A stretch of 64,000 nt of DNA from Azolla caroliniana (Eukaryota > Plantae > Polypodiophyta), in assembly GCA_043228905.1 (NCBI GenBank), contig JBHGNT010000018.1, positions 1,860,001 to 1,924,000 of the forward strand. Direction: 5' to 3'. The notes beneath the pieces were generated by a model that was not told the origin of the DNA, searched no databases, and saw only the letters and a program-made list of their open reading frames with translations. A program made the translations under genes and the position numbers. How positions within the stretch are numbered: the first letter of the stretch is position 1; every line of letters starts with the position of its first letter. Below are positions 24,801 through 36,728 of the stretch, piece after piece.

Positions 24801-26402
24801 TGATTATGGGTATGGTTTCCGGATGTGCGACTCCGAACCTGGCGATGCTCAGGTGGATCATGTACATCAAGTCCCTGAACTCGGAGATACGACACATCTC
24901 CGAGAAGGATAATGCCATGGCCGATATGCTTTCAAGGGCGCGGTTCAACGACGAGGACGACATGGTTTCGGATAACGAGGAAGTCGGCGTGGACTTCTTC
25001 GAGGCGGCTTACGTAACAACAAGAAAGGGGAGCACTCCGGCACTTAACAACAGAGAGTGGCTCCGAATCGGGAGGTTCCTATGGACGATGACGCCGGACG
25101 CGGCATGGACGAGAGAAGAGGCCCCCCAGGTGTGGAAGAAGGCTTACCAGTTCTTCCTACGGGAAGGGCGCATATGGAAGCACCCTAAGAAGCGAAGCGG
25201 CAACCCACTCCGCGTAGTGGCGAGGGAGGATGAGTAGAAAGCGTTGCTTATGGCGTACCACGAGAGTCCCTGGGCCGGACACCGCGGGACGTGGGCCACA
25301 TTCGAGAAGCTAAAGGGGGAGTACTGGTGGCCGAGACTATACCGGGACGTGCATCGGTTCGTGACGACTTGCGAAAGCTGTCAGGTGCACTCCATAGTCC
25401 GACATCGGGATGAGCTTCACATGACCTACCCTCTGACCATCCACTTCAAGTGGATGGTGGATCTGGTGACGATGCCGATGGGGGTAGGGCAGATGCGGTA
25501 TCTGGTGATGGCTCGGGAAGACCTGACGAACCAGGTGGAAGGCCGAGCATTGCAGAACAAAACGACTGCGGCCGTGTGCCGATTTTTGATCGAAGAAGTG
25601 GTATGCCGGTACGGGTGCGTAGGTAAGATCGTGGCCGACCGCGGAGAGTTGGACACTCAAGAGGCGGAAGAGTTGTTTGACGGGCTAGGGATTAAACTCT
25701 CGCTCACCACAACGTACAATCCAAAGGCTAACGGGAAGGTGGAACATGGACACGGGCCGATCGTCAAAGCGTTAGTACGGGCGTGTGGAGGCCAAGTCAG
25801 AAACTGGCCGCGGCTCTTACCCTATGTGTTGTGGGCGGACCGGACTACGCACAGTTCGGTAACGGGGTTCATGCCGGCGGAACTAATGTACGGGCAGAAG
25901 CCGATCATGCCGGTGGAATGGACGATTTCTTCGTGAGAGCCGGGAAGAGTTGTTGGCGGGGCGGATCCGGCAACTTGAGCGGAGGCCGGAGGACGTGGAA
26001 CGGGCGAAGGAGAAGCTGCGCGTGGCAAGGGAACGAAACAAAACCCGATTCGATCGGACGCACCGGCTACGACCGAAGAAGATCGAGGAAGGCGATTGGG
26101 TGCTGGTTTACGACAATAGCTTCGACAACCAGCACAAGGCGACCCACAAATTTGCGAGGAGATGGTTCGGGCCCTACACAGTGATGAGCACGAACAACAA
26201 TGACACGTACAATCTTGCGGAGCTTGACGAGACACGATTGTCGGTGCCGGTAGCCGGGAAGCGGATTAAATCGTTCAAGAAGCGGTACGAAGACAAGCCG
26301 GAGCAGGGGAGCGATACTGACGATGATTGGTTCGGGGACGCCGATAATTCGAAGAGCGACGAGTGAATGCGAGCCGGTTTTCTCCGGTATCTGTCTCTCT
26401 TA
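21878..26402 (+). mobile_element. Ty3/gypsy copy 2 of the same lineage, internal fragment from mid-gag to past integrase, running into the assembly gap
   Basis: PR VDHGLEINLM; slippery GGATTTT-TAG at 22943-22952; RT ...MPILDDVPIKG...; RNaseH; integrase GHRG/CESCQ/WFGPY ending at 26366; multiple stops. Confidence 0.88.
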
Positions 26403-26502
26403 NNNNNNNNNNNNNNNNNNNNNNNNNNNNNNNNNNNNNNNNNNNNNNNNNNNNNNNNNNNNNNNNNNNNNNNNNNNNNNNNNNNNNNNNNNNNNNNNNN
26501 NN
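26403..26502. other. Assembly gap (100 N)
   Basis: Run of N. Sequences on either side belong to different elements. Confidence 0.99.
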
Positions 26503-27416
26503 ATGCGATGGTCCTTTTTGTGAAATGGCCTACTTTGTGTATTTTTTGGATGGGTTGTTCTTAAATTGCGACCTATTACCTGTTTCAAATGACCTAGTGT
26601 TCCTTGTAGATACACTTGCAACTGATTGATTTACATTGTTTGGGGGAGTCAACTAGGTCCTTGGTGTCATTGGCGGTTAGCGCTTGCATTTCTTCCTCCA
26701 TTGTTTCTTGCCATTTGACATCTTTTGAGCCTACACAAAGCTCTCTTGCTCGATTATTGACGTCACTTTCATCAAGTACGCATAATGATGTGCCATGTAC
26801 TCATGATACCCATATCAGACGATGCGGTTTCTATGGCTTGTTGACTAGCAAAACTTCTCATTCGCCAACCTCATGGCCCTCTTGGTTGAGTCAGACCTTA
26901 GTTGAGGGGGTTCACTCTCATTGCTCATTGCATTGCTAGAATTGCTTTGCTCTGACAGGTTTGTCTTGTTCCCGTACATGGTCATCTTCTTCTTCCCTTT
27001 GTTATGGCACATTGTCTTCTTCTTCGGTGATATTTCAACCGACTCTTCATTTTCTAGCATGTTGCTTTGGCTTGGTTGCACTTCCGGCCCACTCAACCAA
27101 AATGAAATCGGACATTCTTCTTGAATTTCGAGGTTTGCCTCGAACGAGCTGGCTATACTGGCCTCGTCTTCCGAATGTTGCTTTGAACTCATAGGAGTTG
27201 TAAGCATTGGTGGTGACTCGGTGAGTTCCAAGATGTAGATTCGTCAAAGACAACATCGTGACTACTCAAACCTCTCGGGTTAAGGGTCTATAACACTTAT
27301 ACCCCTTTTGCTCATTTGAGTTGTTGACCAATATGTACTTTTCAGCCTCTGGGTTGAGCTTCTTCTGTTTCTTGTTCAACACATGGACATAAACAATGTT
27401 GCCGAAGACCTGTAAG

Positions 27417-28224
27417 CATAGATTGACCCATGTGTGATATTCGAGATATTCTCCATCCATAATATTCATAATATTCGAGAATACAAAATGACCATTTCGT
27501 TTATTTATTATTTAAAAAAAACATATATTTTTACATGTATTATTAAAATATTATTAGTGTGAGGTCGCCTTTTTAATGTTAGATAAAAATATCAACTTTT
27601 GTGGGAGAGTAATGAGTGGGGGGATTAATGAACCTTTTATTTATTATTTATTATTATTAAAAATAAAACAAATACTTTTAAGTTTTACATCAATTATAAA
27701 AATATTATTAGTGTGCGGTCCTATTTTTTAAGTCAGATAAAAATATCAAATTTTGTGGGCAAGTAAAAATTGGGAAATTTATGAACCTTTTATTTATTTA
27801 TATTTATATTTATATTTATTGTTTTATGAAAAAATAAAACAAATACTTTTAAGTTTTATATATATTATAAAAATATTATTAGTGTAAGGTCCCCTTTTTA
27901 ATGACAGATAAAAATATCAAATTTTGTGGGAGAGTAAAAAATGGGGAATTAATGAACCTTTTATTTATTTATTCAAAATAAAACAAATACTTTTAAGTTT
28001 TACATCTATTATAAAAAAATATTATTAGTCTAAGTCTACTTTTTAATGTGAAGTAAAATATCCCCTTTTTATTATCAAAGTCCTCTTTGTTATATGATAT
28101 ATGATATAATCATATATCTAAGAAACTACAAGGTAGGGAATTTATGAACTTTTTTAAAAAAAATCGAATATTTTATAATGCATTCGTTTGGTCACCTCCA
28201 CGAATGCGAATATGTCAATCTATG
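27417..28224. mobile_element. hAT-type MITE (808 bp) with an internal AT-rich ~150-175-bp tandem array
   Basis: 11-bp TIRs CATAGATTGAC/GTCAATCTATG; 8-bp TSD CCTGTAAG/CCCGTAAG; removing it restores the copia integrase (LRVFG-like). Confidence 0.85.
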
Positions 28225-28965
28225 CCCGTAAGTATGCCTTATTTTTCTTTTGACCGAAATACGCCTCATGTGGAGTTATTTGTGCTCCACCTGAAGATGT
28301 GCGGTTCAATATACATACCGCCATCTTGATCGCTTCAACCCAGTAGTGCTTTGACATGTGCTTCTCTTCAAGTATTGCCCGTGCAACTTCGACTATTGTC
28401 TGGTTCTTCCTCTCTGTGATTCGTTTTGATGTGGCGTGTATCTGCACGAAAATTCTTTTTGGATCCCTTCCTTTCGTAGGTATCCGGTGAATTGGCCGGA
28501 AACGAACTCCTTCCCGCCAGTGTATCTTAGGCACTTGATCTTCCTGTTTGTCTCCCTTTCTATCATGCTCTTTAGCTTCAAAAAACAAGCGAAGAGTTCC
28601 CTCTTCTTCTCTATCGAGAAGACTTAACTGTGCCTCGAAAAATCATCGATGAAGGAGACAAAGTATCTGCTGCCATTGATGCTCACGTTTTGTGCAGGCC
28701 CCCATACATCCGAATGAATCAAATTGAGCTTGTTGGTGCTCCGATTGTGCTAATTGGGAATGGGAAGCCGATGTAGCTTTCCGAACTGACATACCTTAGA
28801 GGTTCAGCCTTTTCGGCCACTGAATTTCGGCAAACCGAAAATGAGTTGTTTCAACTGCATGTCTTGAAGTCTTGGAAAGTTTATGTGGCCAAACTGCATA
28901 TGCCAAAGTCGACTTTCTGTCCTTTGGTGCGATGCTTACATCATTGGTGCTGAGAATGAACATTC

Positions 28966-29246
28966 TGTTGGAAGCAATGTCGTCAGTGCGGAAGATCAAG
29001 AAGCACTCGATTCCTGTTTATTCCCTGCGTATGACAGAATCTATGTCGTTGCACAGAGAGAGAGAGAGAGGGGCACAAAAGAGTCTTTATTTCATAAAGA
29101 AGAATAATACAACAGCCAACCTCACAAAGAGGTTACAAGGTCACTATATATAGTGACTGACTTAGGGCAACTACCCTTTATGCTAATTACATAAATGGCC
29201 AAAACGGGATAGTGTGAATACGTCCATTATACACATGTATTCGACA
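28966..29246 (-). repeat. 3' LTR of copia B
   Basis: Direct repeat of 34138-34418; no difference found by eye. Confidence 0.95.
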
Positions 29247-29440
29247 CTCCCCCGTAATGGGCGTATACATGGGTTATCTAAGATTACAGGTATAGACTTG
29301 GGTTCTCGGACATATCAGCTTTGTTCGTAGTCGGCAGGGTCCGAAGGCAGAAGACCGAACTGGTCGGGTCGGAACAGTTGAAGCCGATCATTAAGGAACT
29401 GATGTCGGTTGTCGGGAACCATCCTGCTCTGTGTCCGGCT

Positions 29441-32400
29441 CTAACCAGACTGGTTTGTCGTTACGCCCATCTGATGCCGAAGAGACCGAAAACGGTCTGC
29501 CGAAAGACACTTGGTCATTCCATCTGCGACATTGTCGGTTGTGGATATTTTCTCTAGACCGATTTTCCCTGAAATGACGCAGTCCCGAACGAAGTGATAT
29601 CGAACGTCGATATGCTTGGAGGCGTTGTGGTGAACCGGATTTTTCGACAAGGCAACAACACCTTGACTGTCGCTGTAGACAACTGGAGCCGAGTCATGGT
29701 CGACTTGTCGAAACGTGTGCGCCAGCCGACCGAGCCACAAAGCTTCTTTTGCTGCGTCGGACGCAGCTACATATTCTGCTTCGGTCGTTGAGGTCGCTGT
29801 GCACTCCTGAAGTTTCGACTTCCACGAGATTGCTCCATTGCCGAATTTGAAGCAGTATCCAGTTGTTGATTTCCGACTGGATATGCAGCCGGCGAAATCC
29901 GAGTCGGTGTAACCGACTACGCCTGAGGTTCGGTTCGGACCGAAAAGAATGCCGAGATCTTTTGTGCCAGCCAGATATCTGAACACATGCTTGACTGCGT
30001 TCCAATGCGATCGGCCAGGATTGTGCATAAATCTGCTAACGACTCCTACGGCGTGAGAAATATCAGGCCGTGTCGCGACCATCAGGTACATAAGGGAGCC
30101 GACTGCCGGTGCATACGGTACCGACTTCATATCTTCCCCCTCCGGGCCGGATGTCGGGCAGTCTCGCTGAGAGAGCCGAAGATTCATTGGGAGCGGGGTT
30201 GAAGCAGATTTGGCTGATTGCATGTTGAAGCGTTCCAAGACACGTCGGATATAGTCGGTCTGAGACAAAAAAAGATGTCGTTTATCGCGATGCCGACTAA
30301 TCTTCATGCCGAGTATGTGTCGTGCCGGACCGAGGTCCTTCATGGCAAACTTCAACCGCAGTTGCCGAACGAGATCGGCAAGTTCGCCCGCGTGGCGTCC
30401 AGAAATTAGCATGTCGTCCACGTAAATGATGAGGAAGATGGGTGATCCATCTTGAGATGTATTGGTGAAGAGACAATGGTCCTCATCGCTTTTGGAGAAG
30501 CCGATCGATTGGATGAAGTCGTCGAACTTCTTGTACCATTGTCGCGGTGCCTGTTTGAGGCCGTATAGACTCTTCCTGAGTCGGCAGACTAGATGTTCTT
30601 GGCCAGGTGCCACGAAGCCTTTTGGCTGCTCCATATAAATTTCCTCCTCGAGATCACCATGGAGGAAGGCTGTTTTGACATCTAGCTGAATCAGCTCCAA
30701 GTTGTCGGCTGCCACTACGCCGAGTAGAAAACGAAGGGTTGTCATTTTCACCACTGGTGAAAAAATCTCGTCGAAGTCGACGCCATATTCTTGTCGGAAG
30801 CCCTTCGCAACTAATCTGGCCTTGTACTTTGGGGTGGTCGAATCAGACGTCTCTTTTAGTCGATAAACCCACTTGCAAGGAAGAGCACGTCGGTTCCTAG
30901 GTAATTCGACCAGATCCCAAGTCTTGTTTGCCCGAATGGAGTGCATTTCCGACTCCATCGCCAGATGCCAGGTGGCGGAATCGACAGATGTCGATGCTTC
31001 TTCGTAAGACGTCGGTTCGCCGGCGTCGGTGAAGAAAATTCCAGGAGAGTACCTCTCCGGAGGTTGCGACAGTCTCTCGGATCGTCGAGGTATGATTGGA
31101 CTGGTCGCATCGGGTATCGTGGTCGGATGGTCCGAAAGCGAGTTGTTCTGCTGTGCCGAGTCGGAGTTGTCCGAGTCGGTAAAGTAAGGTTCAGCTACCC
31201 GTGAAGCTGACCGTGTGTTGAGAGCGGGGCCTTCTTGAAGGGTCGGCACATCGGAAAATGTTACCCTTCGGACTTCGATTGGTTTTTCGACTGATGGGTT
31301 CATAGCCGACTCGTTGAACACAACGTCCGAACTTCGAACGATTTGTCTGCGTTCGGGGTCCCAGAGTCGGTATCCCATTTCGCCGTCTGATCCATATCCA
31401 AGGAAAATGCATTTCCTGGACCGAGGTGCAAGTTTTCGGCGATCATCTTTCGGAATGAGGGCGTACGCCTCGCATCCGAAGATCCTCAGCTTGTCGTAAT
31501 TCGGCTTACTGCCGATCCATAGTTCCTGAGGAATTTGAAGTCCTAGAGGTCTACTTGGCGACATATTGATCATGTGTACTGCCGTGAGTAGAGCCTCTGC
31601 CCAGAAGCCATCCGACAGGCCGGAGTGTTGGAGCATGGAAACTATCCGTTCTTGGATTGTCCGATTCATGCGTTCGACAATCCCGTTTTGCTCCGGGCTG
31701 TGTGGTGCCGTAAATTCACGTCGGATGCCGCGTTGTCGGCAGAATTTGACGAATTCTTCTGATTTGAACTCTCCCCCATTGTCGGTTCGAAAGCATTTCA
31801 GTTTTCGGTCGGTTTGATTTTCTACCATAGTGAGCCAATCGGAGAAGATCGAGAAGACCCGATCTTTGGTGCGAATTGGATAAGCCCACACCTTTCGAGT
31901 CGAGTCGTCAATAAAAGTGACGAAGTAAGAGGCACCGCCTAGAGACTGATGCGGCATTGGGCCACAGACGTCCGAGTGGACCAAATCGAGAGGTCTCGTT
32001 TCTCTTGGTGCTGATGTCGGGTGTGATGCGGCTGCTTGTTTGCCATACTGGCAATGCTCGCAAAATTGATGGTCGGAGAAGGAGAGTTTTGGGATGTATC
32101 CGGCTCTAGATAGATGCGTGATGCCGGCCTTGCTGAGGTGTCCTAATCTTCTGTGCCATAGTGATGACACAGGAATATCCACCAAAAACAGGTTACCCTC
32201 TCTGAGCGTAACATGTAACGGATACAGTGAGTGTATCTTGGGTCCTCTAGCAAGCAGGAGGTTCCCCCTGTGGAGTGTCCACCCTCCCGAAGAAAAGCCG
32301 GCACGAATGCCGTCTTCATCTAGTTGTCCGACTGAGATCAATGGCCTTGAGAGCTCGGGTACATGTCGGACATTGTGGAGTACAAGTGTAGAGCCACCTG

Positions 32401-33454
32401 CAAGGTTGAGCTCTACTGTGCCGATTCCGATGATGTCACAGTGTTGTGAGTTGCCGACTCGAACTGAGTCGGAGTGACGGATCGTATATTGCCGAAATTG
32501 GGATCGATGAGGAGTCACGTGAAATGACGCGCCCGAATCTAAGAGCCATGTGCTCGATTCTTCAGTCGTGAGTAGAACTTCTGATCCGACTGGATTTTCG
32601 ATTGATAGTATATTCGGGTCGTCCGGTAGTACATCAGCTGAGAAGCTGACGTAATTGATCTCCTCATGCCGGCCACTCTTCTTGTTGTTCTTGTTCTTGA
32701 GTGCGCGGCAGTCGGCTTTGATGTGTCCGGGTTTCTTGCAATAGTTGCAGATTCGGTTGTCCCGTGACTGACTCCGTCTTCGCTGATTGTTCGGCGGCCG
32801 TGAGGAATCTCTTCCTCGTACGTTCGATCGGTCTGTCGAACCTTGTACTACGTAAGCGTCGTCTGTTGAGTCTTTGGCGAAAGACTTTCTCCGAGCTGCT
32901 TCGGTCAGGATTGCGCTCGTGACTTCGGAGTATTTAACAGCCGTGGTTGACGCGTTGCACACGGTTGTGACGAAAGTTTCCCATGATGAGGGAAGGCTGC
33001 TCATGAGTATCATTGCTCTGAGTTCATCCTCGATTGCCGTCCCCTGTGACGAGATTTGGGAGCTTATGCTTTCGTACTCATTGAGGTGTGCTTGAACCGA
33101 ATCGGATTCTTTCATCCGCAAGTTGTAGAGGCGCCGGATCAGAAACATCTTCGTTGCGGCGACCTTCTTTTCGTAAGTGTCCGACAGTGTTCTCCACAGT
33201 TCGAATGCTGTCGTACACGATTGCACCGTAAAATATACCGATTCCGATAGGTGCATCCGAATCGTGGCGCGGACGATTCTGTCCAGCTTCTGCCACTCAA
33301 TTGGTTTGTATCCTTCTGGAGGTTCTTCATTTTCGATGGGATCGATTTGCCCCTTGACTATGAGATAGTCCTGCATTTGCTCCTTCCAGAAGTTAAAGTT
33401 CGATCCATCGAACTTTCGTAGACTCATTTCTGACGAGCCGGATGTTGATGCCAT
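29441..33454 (-). CDS. Copia gag-pol polyprotein (Gag, CCHC knuckle, PR, IN, RT, RNaseH), 1337 aa, uninterrupted
   Basis: CNYCKKPGHIKADC, WLLDSGAS, LWHRRLGH...CEHC, VHSDVCGP, RTDNGGEF, DVKTAFLHG, LYGLKQAPRQW, IYVDDMLI, GYTDSDFAG, STTEAEY, KHIDVRYHF. Confidence 0.96.
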   Translation of the reverse strand: MASTSGSSEMSLRKFDGSNFNFWKEQMQDYLIVKGQIDPIENEEPPEGYKPIEWQKLDRIVRATIRMHLSESVYFTVQSCTTAFELWRTLSDTYEKKVAATKMFLIRRLYNLRMKESDSVQAHLNEYESISSQISSQGTAIEDELRAMILMSSLPSSWETFVTTVCNASTTAVKYSEVTSAILTEAARRKSFAKDSTDDAYVVQGSTDRSNVRGRDSSRPPNNQRRRSQSRDNRICNYCKKPGHIKADCRALKNKNNKKSGRHEEINYVSFSADVLPDDPNILSIENPVGSEVLLTTEESSTWLLDSGASFHVTPHRSQFRQYTIRHSDSVRVGNSQHCDIIGIGTVELNLAGGSTLVLHNVRHVPELSRPLISVGQLDEDGIRAGFSSGGWTLHRGNLLLARGPKIHSLYPLHVTLREGNLFLVDIPVSSLWHRRLGHLSKAGITHLSRAGYIPKLSFSDHQFCEHCQYGKQAAASHPTSAPRETRPLDLVHSDVCGPMPHQSLGGASYFVTFIDDSTRKVWAYPIRTKDRVFSIFSDWLTMVENQTDRKLKCFRTDNGGEFKSEEFVKFCRQRGIRREFTAPHSPEQNGIVERMNRTIQERIVSMLQHSGLSDGFWAEALLTAVHMINMSPSRPLGLQIPQELWIGSKPNYDKLRIFGCEAYALIPKDDRRKLAPRSRKCIFLGYGSDGEMGYRLWDPERRQIVRSSDVVFNESAMNPSVEKPIEVRRVTFSDVPTLQEGPALNTRSASRVAEPYFTDSDNSDSAQQNNSLSDHPTTIPDATSPIIPRRSERLSQPPERYSPGIFFTDAGEPTSYEEASTSVDSATWHLAMESEMHSIRANKTWDLVELPRNRRALPCKWVYRLKETSDSTTPKYKARLVAKGFRQEYGVDFDEIFSPVVKMTTLRFLLGVVAADNLELIQLDVKTAFLHGDLEEEIYMEQPKGFVAPGQEHLVCRLRKSLYGLKQAPRQWYKKFDDFIQSIGFSKSDEDHCLFTNTSQDGSPIFLIIYVDDMLISGRHAGELADLVRQLRLKFAMKDLGPARHILGMKISRHRDKRHLFLSQTDYIRRVLERFNMQSAKSASTPLPMNLRLSQRDCPTSGPEGEDMKSVPYAPAVGSLMYLMVATRPDISHAVGVVSRFMHNPGRSHWNAVKHVFRYLAGTKDLGILFGPNRTSGVVGYTDSDFAGCISSRKSTTGYCFKFGNGAISWKSKLQECTATSTTEAEYVAASDAAKEALWLGRLAHTFRQVDHDSAPVVYSDSQGVVALSKNPVHHNASKHIDVRYHFVRDCVISGKIGLEKISTTDNVADGMTKCLSADRFRSLRHQMGVTTNQSG

Positions 33455-34137
33455 CAAATTCGGTTTCGGTTGACGAAGCTCGGTTCGGAGTTGACTACGA
33501 ACCTTGTTGGAGTGCAGCCGGTTGGCTCACCCGATATCGTTCTAGTCGGATTTGAACCCGAGTCGGTTCGGCTTCGGAACTTGCTCGAATTGACTCCGGT
33601 AACTTGAGGGACAGAACCGACTGGTCTTCCCGAATGGTTCCGAGTTGAAGTGAGCCCGGTTCGCTTCGGATATATATACCGAATACCGATTATTGAAACC
33701 GATTATCTGAACCGATTCGGCTTCGGGTGACTGCAGCGACGAGAGAGATGGGTCCAACTGATCCTCTCGAATGTCGATCAGCCGGATGAAGCACGAATTG
33801 GGGCTGTTGTCTTGAGACCGATCTGCACCGAGTGGTTACAACGAGCAGCGAGCAGCGTTCAATGACCTTTTCGGATGCCGTTTAACCGAATGGAGCACGA
33901 TCGTGTCAATGTTGCACAAGGGGATTTCACCTCGAGCGGTTACGATCACAGGGGACAGAGTACAACCTGATGGCTTACTCCAAGCAAGAGGATCTAACGC
34001 GATGAGGTGCAAACCTCGTTTTTGTTCTTCTTCTCTCTTTCTTCGAATGACGCGAATACTGTGCAGGCCGTGATGAAGTGAAGAACCGAATGCTGTGCAG
34101 GCGGTGATGACGGCCGAACCTCTGCTCTGATACCAGA

Positions 34138-34418
34138 TGTTGGAAGCAATGTCGTCAGTGCGGAAGATCAAGAAGCACTCGATTCCTGTTTATTCCCTGC
34201 GTATGACAGAATCTATGTCGTTGCACAGAGAGAGAGAGAGAGGGGCACAAAAGAGTCTTTATTTCATAAAGAAGAATAATACAACAGCCAACCTCACAAA
34301 GAGGTTACAAGGTCACTATATATAGTGACTGACTTAGGGCAACTACCCTTTATGCTAATTACATAAATGGCCAAAACGGGATAGTGTGAATACGTCCATT
34401 ATACACATGTATTCGACA
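34138..34418 (-). repeat. 5' LTR of copia B
   Basis: Adjacent to the iMet PBS; followed by TSD CATTC. Confidence 0.95.
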
Positions 34419-35228
34419 CATTCATCCTTCTCTGAGTCCACGTGTTATTAGCTTATCGTCATCTTCAATGAAGCATCCTTCTTAATTGAATCATACCTAC
34501 ATTCCCTTATTAACAATTTTTCTGACCGATACCAAATTTTTGGTGATTGTCGGCACATGCATGACGTTCTTCATGCACCCTCTCTGGCCGACATTGATTT
34601 GAGGAACATCTCCTATGTGTTCAATGGTGTGGATCGTGTCATCACCGGTCTAAACGTACCCCAATTGTTCAAGCTCTCTTAAGCTCGTGAACCATTCTTC
34701 ATGGTTCGTCATGTGATTTGATATGCCTGAATCGACATACCACGCCTCTTCATGCTTCGAGGTTCTTGACTCCATCAAATTTGCATTGTGCTTCACCACA
34801 AAGGTTGGATCATTTCCTAATCACCCCTCATCGCAAGCGTAATTAGATCTGTGTCGACTTCCCAATTCGGCCCTGCTTGAGTCAGCTTACTTTTTCCATC
34901 ACTCGTTTTCTCTGTGGCCTTTCTTTCCACAATACTAGCAATCAGACAACCTACTTTGTCAACTTGAGGTGCCACTTTGACTCCCCCTACTCGTGGAGGG
35001 TCCCTGATTGTTGTCGTGCCGTACATTGTTCCTCTGTTCATTTCGGCCGCCATTTGTGTGAGCTGACCCACCTCTCCTACCACAACCACGAGGCCGACCT
35101 TCCTCCGCGTACAACATCTGGCTATCAGTGGGCATACTCCTCGTTGCCCCTTCATGGTTCTCTTTGACCAATAACATGGATCATAAGTCGAAGGAGGGTG
35201 GCTTCTCTTGTGAGGAATTTGTCTCTCC

Positions 35229-36260
35229 TATTGGGGAAGTCGACAATCGAATCGACAACCCGAATATAGGATGGTTGATCGGATCGACCATCAAGTTGAC
35301 ATGGTGGTCGACTGGTTTGAAGGAGATAGAGAGTCGGCTACATTGGATGGATGCTCTAGGTCAACAAGTTGGGCTGATTAATTATTATTATATAATAATA
35401 ATAACATATCCCTCCTATAAAATAGGAATAGCTAGGGCAAACTGATCGGAATGATGTGTATCTAGAGCTTATGTAACAGAGAGCAGAAGTGAGTGTAGTA
35501 GAGAGTAGGAAGAGATGCGAAAGTGTGCGAGAGAGAGGCATAGTTTAGTGGAACTAGCCAAAACCTTAAGTGGGTATTCTCTGATTTGTAGAGATTTGTA
35601 ATCTGTTTTTCCTTCCTGTACCTCTGTTCATAATGAAGATCTATTTTTTTGTGGTTTTTCTCCTGTTTAGGGTTTCCACGTAAAAACTTGTGTACCGTGT
35701 ATTCTCAATCGACTTGTTGTGTTCTGTTTTTGCGTTGTGCATTTCAATCTATCTTTCTCATAGATTTACGATCCAATCATATCAAACTAGTATCAGAGCT
35801 TGAGGTGCAAGAATGGAAGGAGGTGTGAATGGTTTCCTAGGAATGATAGTCCTGGACTATACCCACAGGGGTGTTGGAGTTTGAGTGGAAACTCATGAAT
35901 AGGAAGATAGTGGCTACCATAAGACTGTGTGTAGACGTGAGTGTCCTACAACACGTGGCTAGCGACACAAATGCCTACGAAATGTGGCACAAACTGTCAA
36001 GGTTGTATGAGAGGAAGAATGCACTCAACAAAACTTCTCTGATGAGAAAGATTGTGAGACTAAAGTTTAGAGATGGAGAAAGCATTGTGGTGCACATTAA
36101 CACCTTCATGGGGTTGGTGAATCAACTTGCGGCAACAAAGTTTCCATTAGATGATGCTATGCAGGCCTTATTATTGGTATGTACCCTACTAGATAGTTGG
36201 GAGAACCTAGTGGTGTCTCTTAGTACCTTGTGCCAAGAAGAAAACTTGTTTTTACAAGTG
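35229..36260 (+). mobile_element. Truncated copia fragment (LTR ~35229-35784, mutated iMet PBS, partial gag) related to copia C
   Basis: TAGTATCAGAGC at 35788-35799; gag WKLMNRKIVATIR...YERKNALNKTSLMRKIV closely matches the gag at 50145-50996. Confidence 0.78.
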
Positions 36261-36678
36261 ATTTGTAGAAGAGGCACAATATATTTTTGATTCATGGACA
36301 AATCAAGATCTAGACTTGTGGAACACAAGTCTTTCAGGATATGCCAAGTTTGGGCCAGATATCAAAGTGCTACATTGTTTTACCCAGATTTAGCTAGATG
36401 GTCTATTTCATGATGTTATCACATTGGCATGTATAGTGAGAACTTGTGGACAAAAGATACATATCCAGTTCTTATTGGCAAGATATGAGAATTGTTGAGA
36501 ATCGAACTCAACTTCCCATAAAGATAGTGTTCACACTAGCTAGTTGACATCGTACTAGGATAGTTTTGTAATTAGTAGAAAGGGCACTCACCCTAGCTAG
36601 TTGGTATTTAATCCAACTTCTTGTAACTTAGTTACTGTTGGAAGTATTTTATCTTCTTGCAAAAATAACTTCTTGTTC

Positions 36679-36682
<4 letters not shown>

Positions 36683-36726
<44 letters not shown>
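36683..36726. repeat. (CT)22 microsatellite at the 5' junction of LINE copy 1
   Basis: Directly visible. Confidence 0.95.

Positions 36727-36728
<2 letters not shown>

Larger units (their letters stand above)
28966..34418 (-). mobile_element. Intact Ty1/copia element B (5453 bp)
   Basis: 281-bp LTRs (28966-29246, 34138-34418) with TG...CA ends; TSD CATTC on both sides; tRNA-iMet PBS TGGTATCAGAGC (34135-34124); PPT at 29247-29256; single long ORF. Confidence 0.97.
26503..35228 (-). mobile_element. Decayed Ty1/copia element A, host of an hAT MITE and of intact copia B; no LTRs retained
   Basis: gag/knuckle and protease (WYVDSGISNHM-like) at 34420-35220; integrase (LIHSDVWGP, RKIKCLR, HYWVEA, QKGYKCY) at 27250-28960; start of RT near 26503-26800. 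Confidence 0.78.
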
